25,547 nucleotides of DNA from positions 1 through 25,547 of the forward strand of contig NIVC01005124.1 of assembly GCA_002269645.1 (NCBI GenBank), given 5' to 3'. The DNA is from Macrostomum lignano (lineage: Eukaryota). How positions within the stretch are numbered: position 1 is the stretch's first letter; every line of letters begins with the position of its first letter. Shown piece by piece: positions 12,446-21,917 of this stretch. The translations under genes and the position numbers were made by a program. Under the pieces are notes generated by a model that saw only the letters and a program-made list of their open reading frames with translations, was not told the origin of the DNA and made no database searches.

Positions 12446-12592
12446 TCTATTCTCCTTCCTCTCATCTCTCTCCTAGTCTCCTTCCTCTCTTCTCTCGCCT
12501 AGTCTCCTTCCTCTCTTCTCTCTCCTAGTCTCCTTCCTCCATTTTCTCTTTCCTCCCTCACATTTCCCTCTCCTCCCCTCTTTTCGGCCCTC
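12250..12592. repeat. CT-rich low-complexity tract with (CT)n and repeated CTCCTAGTCTCCTTCCTCT
   Basis: Almost pure pyrimidine, ending about 40 nt before the exon 2 acceptor. Confidence 0.9.
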
Positions 12593-12631
12593 TCAAGCAA
12601 TTAACTTGTTCGCTGCTTCTCAAATTTTCAG

Positions 12632-12699
12632 CCAAGGTGCTGGACATTGGCATGGAAGTGGTCATAGCAAGTTTCGACAGCATATCGGAGGTTAACATG
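12632..12699 (+). CDS. Lcch3: GABA receptor exon 2 (68 nt)
   Basis: TTTTCAG acceptor; reads (T)KVLDIGMEVVIASFDSISEVNM; donor GTGAGA at 12700. Not in the ORF track because it is short. Confidence 0.93.
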
Positions 12700-13257
12700 G
12701 TGAGAAAATGTTGCCGGAACTCTTCCGCCAAATCACATTCAGTCCCCGGCGTGCCTCTAGTCGATTTTCTATGGATTTTTTAGGAGAAAAATAGCATTGC
12801 ACAGATTTAGTCTTTTTCTCAAAGTCCGCACAAGCGCATGACCCCGTCTTCGCTTGAGGTCATGCCGACAATAAATTGGTGCATAAGAAACCTTCTCAAG
12901 GAAAATCGGTTATAAATAAAATGCAACAGAAAAGTTCAACTGGGTGTTACAGTCAGTTTCTAGCAGAAAAAGGCTGATTGGAATCAGTGCCGGATCTGTA
13001 AACTCTAGCAGATTTTTCTTCCTGCATCGGCACGAAATGTAAATAAGACTACAGGACCGCAATGCACTGCTGGTTAACTGGAAATTATATTGCATTCTGC
13101 ATATTGTTTTCATTCAGCCCCTGTCTGTCTTACTGACTGACTTTCAGTCTAGCATTGTCTTCTATCTCCTCTCCTGATCTCCGCTCTTCGTCTTTTGTCT
13201 CCATCTGCTTACATTCTTCTTTCCCATGGTTTCATGTCTTTCTGTCCGGCAGTGTCA

Positions 13258-13319
<62 letters not shown>

Positions 13320-13356
13320 GTGTCTGTCTGTGTGTCTGTCTGTCTGTCTGTCTGTG

Positions 13357-13455
<99 letters not shown>

Positions 13456-13456
13456 G

Positions 13457-13535
<79 letters not shown>

Positions 13536-13572
13536 GTGTCTGTCTGTGTGTCTGTCTGTCTGTCTGTCTGTG
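13258..13572. repeat. (TCTG)n tetranucleotide microsatellite, about 78 units, intron 2
   Basis: Direct reading; occasional TGTG variants. Confidence 0.98.
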
Positions 13573-14094
13573 ACTTTCTATCCCTCCCAATGCCTGTCTG
13601 TCAGTGCCTGTCTTTACCACTGTCTCTCTCAGAGTCTGTCTGTCATGCGGTGCAGTTCGGTAGTCCGGAACCATTTTCCACACCTCATTGCACCGATGTC
13701 TCTGTCGGAGTCTGAGTAGGAATATCAGCCCTGGCCGGCGCTACATTGAGCTCAATTTCGAATCTAATGAGTCTCATCTGCGGCCCGCTGCACTTAGCAA
13801 TTCCGAACTCTGTCTAGAAAAGCTACAACTCTGTCTGCTGGGTATAGAGATATAGATGCATGTACTTTTTAACTGCTCGGATTTCTTCCAAGTGGAGAGA
13901 AAGGAAAGAAGATGCTCATAGCTAGGCACTGTAGTGCAGAATCCGTTGTTAAAGATGTGTATCGTAAATAATTTTCAAACAATTATGGAACGTAATTATT
14001 GTAGAAAATGAATTTCTTATTTAATCTATACAATATGTTAGCTCCTAGCTTATCTGACTAAATTTTTTTAATTTAGTACGTTGGTACTAGTATT

Positions 14095-14174
14095 GTGAGC
14101 ATACACAGAATTGAGCCTAGGACTCTTGGAACAAGAGTGCGATGTACTCAACCGCTCTGTGGCATCGAGACGGC
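14095..14174 (-). mobile_element. Possible degenerate tRNA-derived SINE head
   Basis: The minus strand reads TGCCACAGAGCGGTTGAG (A-box-like) ... GGCTCAATTC (B-box-like) at tRNA-like spacing. No recognisable body. Confidence 0.3.
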
Positions 14175-14544
14175 GTGATGAAGCTGCACCGCTATCGCTA
14201 GTTATTTGATCGTCTATAGTCTAAGAGCTTAAGTGAAGGTCCGTCCAAGTCGAGAGACATCAAAGGAGCCGCAACCTTTCTCTCATCTGAAAATTTGATT
14301 ACATATAAGAGCCTGATTTTCTATTAAACCATCCTAACAGACATTGTGACTCACTGTGATTGACGGATTGCCCAAAAAGCTACCGGGGGGGGGGATGTGT
14401 CAAAGCGCTCAATGAATGGGCTGCTTATGTACCTCTCAAATATTTTAAGCTTTAATAATAAAATCCTGTGATTAATGGTTTAGCGAGAATAATGATTTAT
14501 GAGTCTGAGTTATTAAGTTGATTGCCTTTTTTTCAATTTCTCAG

Positions 14545-14771
14545 GACTATACTATCACAATGTACTTGAACCAGTACTGGACAGACAACAGGCTAGCATT
14601 TGACATTCGTAATGCAAATAAATCAATGACTTTAACCGGAGAATTTGCCAGCAAGATCTGGGTGCCAGATACTTTCATTGCGAACGACAAGCATTCATTT
14701 TTGCACGACGTCACCGAGCAGAACAAGATGGTGCGGCTGTATGGCGACGGGAGAATCATCTACGGAATGCG
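14545..14771 (+). CDS. Lcch3: GABA receptor exon 3 (227 nt; loops D, A, E)
   Basis: DYTITMYLNQYWTDNRLAF...KIWVPDTFIANDKHSFLHDVTEQNKMVRLYGDGRIIYGMR; acceptor TCTCAG; donor GTCAGC at 14772, phase 2. Confidence 0.95.
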
Positions 14772-14823
14772 GTCAGCACGGTTTTGGGACTGGGGTGTGG
14801 GATTGGGCATAGCGGAGCAGTGA

Positions 14824-15020
14824 TTGAGGTGGATGCAGTGGGGCAAGGAGTGAGGTGGGTGCACTGGGGCAGGGAGTGAGGTGGGTGTAGCGGGGCAGGG
14901 AGTGAGGTGGGTGTAGCGGGGCAGGGAGTGAGGTGGGTGTAGCGGGGCAGGGAGTGAGGTGGGTGTAGCGGGGCAGGGAGTGAGGTGGGTGTAGCGGGGC
15001 AGGGAGTGAGGTGGGCGCAG
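14824..15020. repeat. 26-bp G-rich minisatellite (GTGAGGTGGGTGTAGCGGGGCAGGGA)n, about 7.5 copies, intron 3
   Basis: GTGAG at 14850, 14876, 14902, 14928, 14954, 14980 and 15006. Confidence 0.96.
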
Positions 15021-15117
15021 CTGAAAAGGAAGTGAGCTATAGATGGTATAGTATAGCAATAAAAAATCAAGCAGACTAGCACCTAATCATTTCCAGTTTA
15101 TACGTACCCAATTGCAG

Positions 15118-15200
15118 GTTCACCACCACCTTGGCTTGCATGATGGACTTGCACTATTACCCACTGGATGTACAGAACTGCACCGTTGAGATTGAAAGCT
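15118..15200 (+). CDS. Lcch3: GABA receptor exon 4 (83 nt; Cys loop)
   Basis: TTGCAG acceptor; (R)[27 protein letters not shown] contains the Cys-x13-Cys loop; donor GTAAGC at 15201. Confidence 0.96.
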
Positions 15201-15307
15201 GTAAGCTGCGACAGACGTGCTTGTTTAATCTATAAGGATGTCTGTTCAATCGTTACCTCACTTCAGCACCCGACATCCACCTCACTCCACCACCTATCTC
15301 ACCCTAG

Positions 15308-15445
15308 ATGGCTACCCAACGGAAGACGTGACAATGCAATGGAAAAACGGTCAATCGGCAGTCGACGGTGCTGATCGCGTGAAAATGCCTCAGTTCACGC
15401 TGGAACATTTTGAAGTTAGCACAACCACCATATCATTGTCGACAG
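15308..15445 (+). CDS. Lcch3: GABA receptor exon 5 (138 nt; loops B, F, C)
   Basis: CCCTAG acceptor; (Y)GYPTEDVTMQWKNGQSAVDGADRVKMPQFTLEHFEVSTTTISLST; donor GTGCGT at 15446. Confidence 0.94.
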
Positions 15446-15496
15446 GTGCGTCGAATTTTAATCCACAATGCACTGGTTGAACTGGCTCGTATAGGA

Positions 15497-15571
15497 CAGG
15501 GATCTAGAACAGGAATCTAGAACAGGGATCTAGACCAGGGATCTACACCCACCTAGAACAGGGATCTAGAA
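15497..15571. repeat. 13-bp tandem repeat (CAGGGATCTAGAA), about 5.5 copies
   Basis: Units at 15497, 15510, 15523, 15536 and 15559, with a partial unit at 15549. Confidence 0.9.
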
Positions 15572-16225
15572 AAAGGAATGGGCAAACTTTTTACCTCAAA
15601 GGCCAGGTAGAGAACCTAGCGCGTGACTTCGGACCAGAGAAGGGGAGAGGAGAGGTCAAGGCGCATTGAGTTCTAATTTGAGCTCTAAAATCTTAGGCTT
15701 ACCGGTTTCAAGCCTCTGGGTCAAGCGTAAAAATTAACGTTTAATGCAATGCAAGTTTGCCTTTTAAGTAGGATTTTTGTCGGTCTGATGAAATACATAT
15801 GAGTACATCTAATAATCTGTGCTATTTGCTCAACCTTGTCACAAAGTTTACAATCGAGTGGTTGGGAGTGAGAGAGTGCTCTGATCCTGACGTAACAGTT
15901 CTCCTGTTAATGTTTGACCTGTGCTGGTTCATTCACTCTCTCATCTATCTCTCTCTCTCAGGAGAGGGAATAGAGAAGAGAGAAGAGAGATGAGAAAAAA
16001 ATGAAGGAGACGAGAAGAGAGATAATGAAATAGAATAGGAGAGAGGAGAGAAGAAGAGAAGAGAAGGGACAGGAGAGGAGGGGAGAAAAGAGAGGAGAGA
16101 GGATAAAAAAGAGGAAACCTGTGAAGAGACACAAACCATGAGCGGGCCGGATTGGTATTGTGAAGTTTCAAAGGACCCGAGGGCCGGATAGAGAGGCTTC
16201 GCGGGCCGGATTTTGCCGACCCCTG
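15572..16225. mobile_element. Non-autonomous hAT-Charlie-like element, internally expanded by a GA-rich tract (about 15945-16120)
   Basis: Right end TTTGCCGACCCCTG (16212-16225) is the MER58-type TIR. Left end AAGGAATGGGCAAA (15573-15586) matches it at 10/14. Subterminal GGGCCGGAT motifs. Flanks ATCTAGAA (15564-15571) / ATGTAGGA (16226-16233) match at 6/8 and fit the Charlie NTCTAGAN target preference. Confidence 0.65.
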
Positions 16226-17436
16226 ATGTAGGAGACTAAGTATATGATAATTTGAAACCGAAGTTCAATTCTTGAGGGAGCGATGGAAACCAAGTTACAA
16301 GTTAACTTAATTAGCATTTGATCAGAGAGACAGACGGACAGACAAGACCGACCCGCTTTGGCCGTGTTTCACGAAGCTCAATCCGGATCAGGGCCCAAAA
16401 AAATAAATGAGCTTTTTTAGATACTATAAAATGTAGGCTGTTGGACTCAAAAAAGGGAGAAGGGGAGAAAAAACAGACAGCTTCATTGGCTACCCTGACA
16501 GTTTGGGAAGAGCGCCACGAGAGAGAGAGGGGGGAGGAGAGAGGGCAGTGGGGCTTTAGCTTGGATACCCGGCAGTGAGTCCGGCTAGGAAGTGAGAGAG
16601 AGAGAAGAGGAAAACTCGTATAAGAGATGCAGCTTCCAGCATCCAAGCCCAGGCTCTCTTCACCCCCCCCCATCCAAAGTCCCTAGTCCGGTGTTCCGGC
16701 CGGTTCCTATATCATACTACTTCTCTCCTACCGCACCCATGGGATGCGGCTGCGGGGGATAAGCTAGGGAAGAGCTGGAGAGGCTTTAGAGAAAGAGAAG
16801 AAGAAGATTATGCGAGTTTAGTTGAGCTCGGGCGAGCTGGCCGAATCTAAGGAGGATTTATTGCTGTTCAAACCGAGCGCTCCAAAATCCCGGAGTTGGG
16901 GAGCGGGGGAGGGGGGTGGTGCCAAAGGCGTGCCACCGAACTTGGGCGGCTCAATTTCCATGCCATGTGCTCAACAGGCCCGGTCGATGAGCTAATATGA
17001 TGGGGCCCGGGGACGCGGGATCTGTATGAAGAGAAGTCAACATGGCTGACTGTGGGTGAGACTGGGAATCTTGATAGCTTTATATCCATCTGTTAGCTTC
17101 ATGCATATCAACACTGAGTAACTGAGAATGTGTCCCGGGCAAGTGGACTCGCTGTGCAACTGCAGCACATCGATCCATTAGGGTGTGCTCAGGGACAGAA
17201 ATGTGCCAATGAAAGATGCAGCATATTTTATTGCCAGTCTCCGGAGAACTGAGAGACCCAATACTCAAACTTTTTTTTTTCTCTCTTGCTCGAATGAGAT
17301 TTGGGAATTTTCTAAGAAATCGCTGACACCGAAAAACATTGCCCGTAGGACAACGTGTAAACTCTGTCACAAGTTCTTAAGAGGCGAATTGAAGACGATG
17401 ATCATAAATTGACTCAGCGAAAATATAAATGGAGTA

Positions 17437-17935
17437 ACTCAAGGATAGAATCAGGGATAGACTCAGGGATAGAATCAGGGATAGAATCAAGGATAGAATC
17501 GGGGATAGAATCAAGGATAGAATCGGGGATAGAATCAAGGATAGAATCAGGGATAGAATCAACGATAGAATCGGGGATAGAATCAAGGATAGAATCGGGG
17601 ATAGAATCAAGCATAGAATCGGGGATAGACTCAAGGATAGAATCGGGGATAGAATCAAGCATAGAATCGGGGATAGAATCAACGATAGAATCAGGGATAG
17701 ACTCAAGGATAGAATCAGGGATAGAATCAAGGATAGAATCGGGGATATAATCAAGGATAGAATCAGGGATAGAATCAACGATAGAATCAGGGATAGACTC
17801 AAGGATAGACTCAGGGATAGAATCAAGAATAAACTCAATGATAGACTCGTGGATAGAATCAAGGATAGAATCGGGGATAGACTCAGGGATAGACTCGTGG
17901 ATAGAATCAAGAATAGAATCTGGGATACACTCGTA
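17437..17935. repeat. 12-bp minisatellite (GATAGAATC[A/G][A/G]G)n, about 41 copies, intron 5
   Basis: Direct reading; AAG and GGG/AGG variants mostly alternate. Confidence 0.96.
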
Positions 17936-18814
17936 TAGGCAAGAATAGAATTAGGTTTAGAGTCAGACGTAAATTCTGGGATTAAATCAATAGGATAAAT
18001 GAAAACAAAGATGAAAGGGTGGATTCTCATAGTTCAGTTAATATCTGCGCTATACAGAATCAGCTACGGAGCACGTGATGGAATTTCGGAACAAGATGAG
18101 GCTAGCTAGGGCACAATGTCTCAGCACCACCGCCTCAGGGATATATCTGTGTAAACACTCGGCACTTCAAAGTACAAAGCTTGAGCGGGCTTGAAGGAAA
18201 AGAATATCTGGGGAGGGAGTGAAAATCCCGCTGCGCCGAAAAGTTTCTGAAGCTGCCGAGACTTCTAGCACCTCCGGGCAACTAAAGCATATTAATCTGC
18301 CCGGCCCTGGCCTACCCGCTCTTACAAGCTGCGCCCTTGCCCCCCCCCTCTCTCTCTACACGGCAATTCAATAATGTTATAGCCGGCCCCTGTGTCCTCG
18401 CCGCTCTGTAATCCGATAATGCGACGCATTTTAGCTGTTCTCTCACCCCGCCACCGCCGCCGCAGTCCTTGCGGTGCCGATTCCCTCCGTCACTGAGAGA
18501 AACAGCGCGGTGGCCGCGACTGGCGGCGGAGTGGGATAGAAGCTAAAAAATACTATTATCATTAAGGCCGCACACATGCATCTCTCGCTTTCACTGATAT
18601 GATGCTACTACAGGTCGGAGAGTCAGTAGATAATTGCTCAGATAAGCGAGTGACCTGTGGTCTGAGGGGTGAGGGGCCGACTTGAGACGCTCCAATTAGA
18701 GTATGTGGTCACTTGCTAATTATTTACCCTATGTCTGTACATAAGCAAGTTCCATTGTGTTCATTTGTCTGAGAACCAACCGACAGAATTTTGATTAATA
18801 ATAATTTGCCGGTC

Positions 18815-19023
18815 GATAATCTCCCACTATAAGAATCTGACCTCAATAATTTTAACCCGCGTTAATTTAAGATAATTATCCCACTCGGACAAACTCATCC
18901 CCATAACCTCACCCCAATAATGCCACTCCGATAATCTCACCCCGACAATCTCACTTCGATAATCTCACTCCAATAATCTTACCCCGATCATCTCACCCCG
19001 ATAATCGCAGCACGATAAACTCA
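18815..19023. repeat. Degenerate 14-bp tandem repeat (GATAATCTCACCCC)
   Basis: Units at 18902, 18916, 18930, 18944, 18958 and onward. Confidence 0.8.
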
Positions 19024-20302
19024 TATCAAAAGTTACCCAAATTCTGCAGCAATAATCCCAACTGCCATGAAAACCACCCCAGTGAGGCAGAGCAGCTCAG
19101 CGCCAAACGCGTCTGACTCGACCCCTGGTTCGACTCCGTGAGTATAGCCCCATTAATTTGAGGCTCGGCACGAAAAATTGAGACCGGGGTTGTTGTGACA
19201 TTCACACCCATGAGTGCCAACCTCTTCGATGGCACGCCTTACGTGCGTGATTGGTTTAGATTGATTTGCACCCACTGTCCCAGCCGCGCTCTGAGATTTT
19301 GGACAATGAAAACAGAACCGAAAAATTATCAATCAACTGCATGCCCTTCAAGACTTCTCCAAGAAGCTCCCCTCATCCAATTGACTTTCAAAGAAGAAGC
19401 TTTGCAATGCAATCGAATCCAAGAACAGATTGCAGCTATGGGGCTTCTGGAAATCTTGTTTTCTTTTCTTGGAAATCCCTAAGTCTCGCTTTCTACCCTT
19501 ATTCCTCTCTTTCCCTTCTGACGCTTCATCAAGTTCACGGGGGCCTGGCATGAGGATCTAAGATTCCTTTGGGCTTCGAGCTTCTGGTCGCTAATTGCTT
19601 GTTGCTGGCCTCCGATGCGCGGAGGGTTTCCAAGTCCATTCTGGCAGGCCGGCCGAAATCCCCCTCCACCTCTTCCTGTGTCCATCCCGGCTTGCAATTC
19701 CCTCTGTTGAGTGACGCGTGAGCGACCTCCCCCCCACCCCCCAGGATTTTGGCACTTTCAGTCAGTCTACTGGAAGAGAGAATTGTTGAATCGGGCGGCC
19801 CAACGCGAACACGTAGACCTGACAGAATCACACGCTTCCTTTCCAAGGGGAGCTTCTTTTTTCTCTCCGATGTTTCGCCTCAGCTCCCGTTTCCATCTCT
19901 GTTTAGTGCATTAAAGTGTCCCGCGGTGTTGATGCGTCTGGCAAGCAAGGGCGATAAACAGTGCTTCAGAAATGAAGATAGAGAAGAAATAATGGGGCCT
20001 ACAGATGAAGAAACAGGTTGCAGAAATATAATAGCTGTACTTTACTCATTTGTCAGAGCCGTGATAACGTTTCTTGTCTGTCAGATAACTATAAAAGAAA
20101 GTCTTAGAAAATCTTTGGCTACTGTTATCAGCAAAAAAACAACTTTCCAAGAGTAAATATTTGAACTTTTTTTCGAATGGCATCCGCAGAGAGTCGAGTT
20201 AATGAAAAAGTCGAAGTAAGGCATCGCTTTTTAACTTTGTACGTAGAGCTAATTTAAATTGGATTGAAATGCACTTAGTGTACTCAATATCCGCCTTAAA
20301 TT

Positions 20303-20536
20303 TTTATTGGTTCGAGGGTAGGAGAATTCAGGGGTGAGGGGCTACGACTCCGCATTCTCGACCTTAATTCTGATTGGCTGAAGCCACTCACGGAGGGGTT
20401 GAAAATTTGGGGGTGAGGGGCTGCGACTCCGCATTTCCGACCTTAATTCTGATTGGCTGAAGCCACTCACGGAGGGGTAGAAAATTTGGGGGTGAGGGGC
20501 TGCGACTCCGCATTCCTTATTTTATTGGCTGAAGCC
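20303..20536. repeat. 79-bp tandem repeat, about 2.7 copies, each with ATTGGCTGA (reverse CCAAT)
   Basis: GGGGTGAGGG at 20331, 20410 and 20489. Confidence 0.9.
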
Positions 20537-20620
20537 TGAAGGCTCTACATATAATTTTTTAGGTCCGTTATTACACTGGTTTTCCGAAATTTCACTTAAT
20601 TTATTTTCAATTTTCCACAG

Positions 20621-20773
20621 GCTCCTATCAGCGACTGTCGCTCATCTTTAGACTCCGCAGAAATGTTGGCTTCTTTGTATTCCAAACGTACCTGCCGTCC
20701 ATTCTAATCGTTATGCTGTCCTGGGTGTCATTCTGGATTAATCACGAGGCAACTTCGGCTCGCGTAGCACTCG
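20621..20773 (+). CDS. Lcch3: GABA receptor exon 6 (153 nt; end of loop C, M1, start of M2)
   Basis: TTTTCCACAG acceptor; (G)[50 protein letters not shown]; donor GTATGT at 20774. Confidence 0.96.
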
Positions 20774-21122
20774 GTATGTACGCGTGTATCGCTACTCATG
20801 GCAGTAGTAGTATAGCAGTATAGCACTATTGGAGACGGTAGTTCTGGGCGTTTTCTGCTTGGATTTCTTGTAGAATGCATCGAATAGGAAGCATACGTAA
20901 ATTGTATCCGTCGAAAACTGCATTCGAATCGAGCACATAGCCCTTGAAATTAGGCAGAAATAAGTAAGAGAAATAAAAATCGCGGATAAAATCTTTATTA
21001 TATCAGGAAATGTTTTATTTAGCTGCTCTCATATCAAGGTAAACTACTCGTAGTTCGGGTTCCCAGCCGTTACATTTTATAATTTACCGATAAACTGCTT
21101 CTCCGTTACTATATTACTACAG

Positions 21123-21379
21123 GCATCACCACCGTTCTCACCATGACTACAATCAGCACAGGCGTTCGTTCCTCCCTGCCTCGTATCAGCTACGTAAAAG
21201 CCATAGACATTTACCTGGTGATGTGTTTTGTGTTTGTGTTCGCCGCTCTGCTGGAGTACGCCATGGTGAATTACACTTATTGGGGCGCCAGGGCCAAGCG
21301 GAAGGCCAAACGGTTGAGAGACGCCAGCAGCGGAAATAACACACGAGGCAACTGCTCTGGAGACTTCATTGACAACTCG
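21123..21379 (+). CDS. Lcch3: GABA receptor exon 7 (257 nt; M2, M3, start of intracellular loop)
   Basis: TACAG acceptor; (G)[54 protein letters not shown]...DNS; donor GTGAGG at 21380, phase 0. Confidence 0.94.
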
Positions 21380-21917
21380 GTGAGGCCTCCTGCTAGGGAT
21401 AAAAAATTCTCTGTTTAACCGGCTTAGTTTTAGTAGTATTTTACGAGCTAGAAGTATTTGAGAGCTTAACTAGTTGGATTATAATTGGCTTGCGTACATT
21501 TCTGGGTAGAGTAGAATTTTCGAAACCAAAGCTTTGGGCTCTGATTGGCTGACAGGGAGTAGAAAAGAAGGTCTGAGTCAACGAGATGGGTTCTGATTGG
21601 CTGACATGGGGTATAGAGAACTTTTTTTAGCCAATAAAGTCGGACTCGGATTGGCTGACCCTAAAGCAGCATTTTAGATCCTAGAAACGGTGTTTCTTAT
21701 TGGTATAGCCAGATCGGCGTTCATATGGCTTTATCTGTCTGGTTTCAGAACACAGAGCTTTTTTAGTGCGTAGCCAAAACACCATGAGTGTCAAAATTAG
21801 GGCTCTAAAACCTTTTAAAGAAGGATTTAACTTAACGTAACCTCATCCGCATGCCTTAGTACTTTTCCTGTCAGCTAAGTTGTTCTCTGATTGTCTCCAT
21901 CAAACTCCTCTCTGCAG

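Noticed and set aside
12837-12870. Small hairpin GCATGACC...GGTCATGC
   Set aside because: An 8-bp stem is expected by chance in 25 kb and there is no supporting context.
13155-13719. Cys/Leu/Ser/Val repeat ORFs
   Set aside because: They are translations of the (TCTG)n microsatellite.
17377-18030. 217-aa and 113-aa ORFs
   Set aside because: They are translations of the 12-bp minisatellite.
15446-20620. Mutually exclusive duplicate exons as in insect Rdl
   Set aside because: I saw no second copy of the 68-nt or 138-nt exons. The only GY-like candidate (about 16560, TTGGATACCCG) hits a stop within 10 codons. This was a visual scan only.
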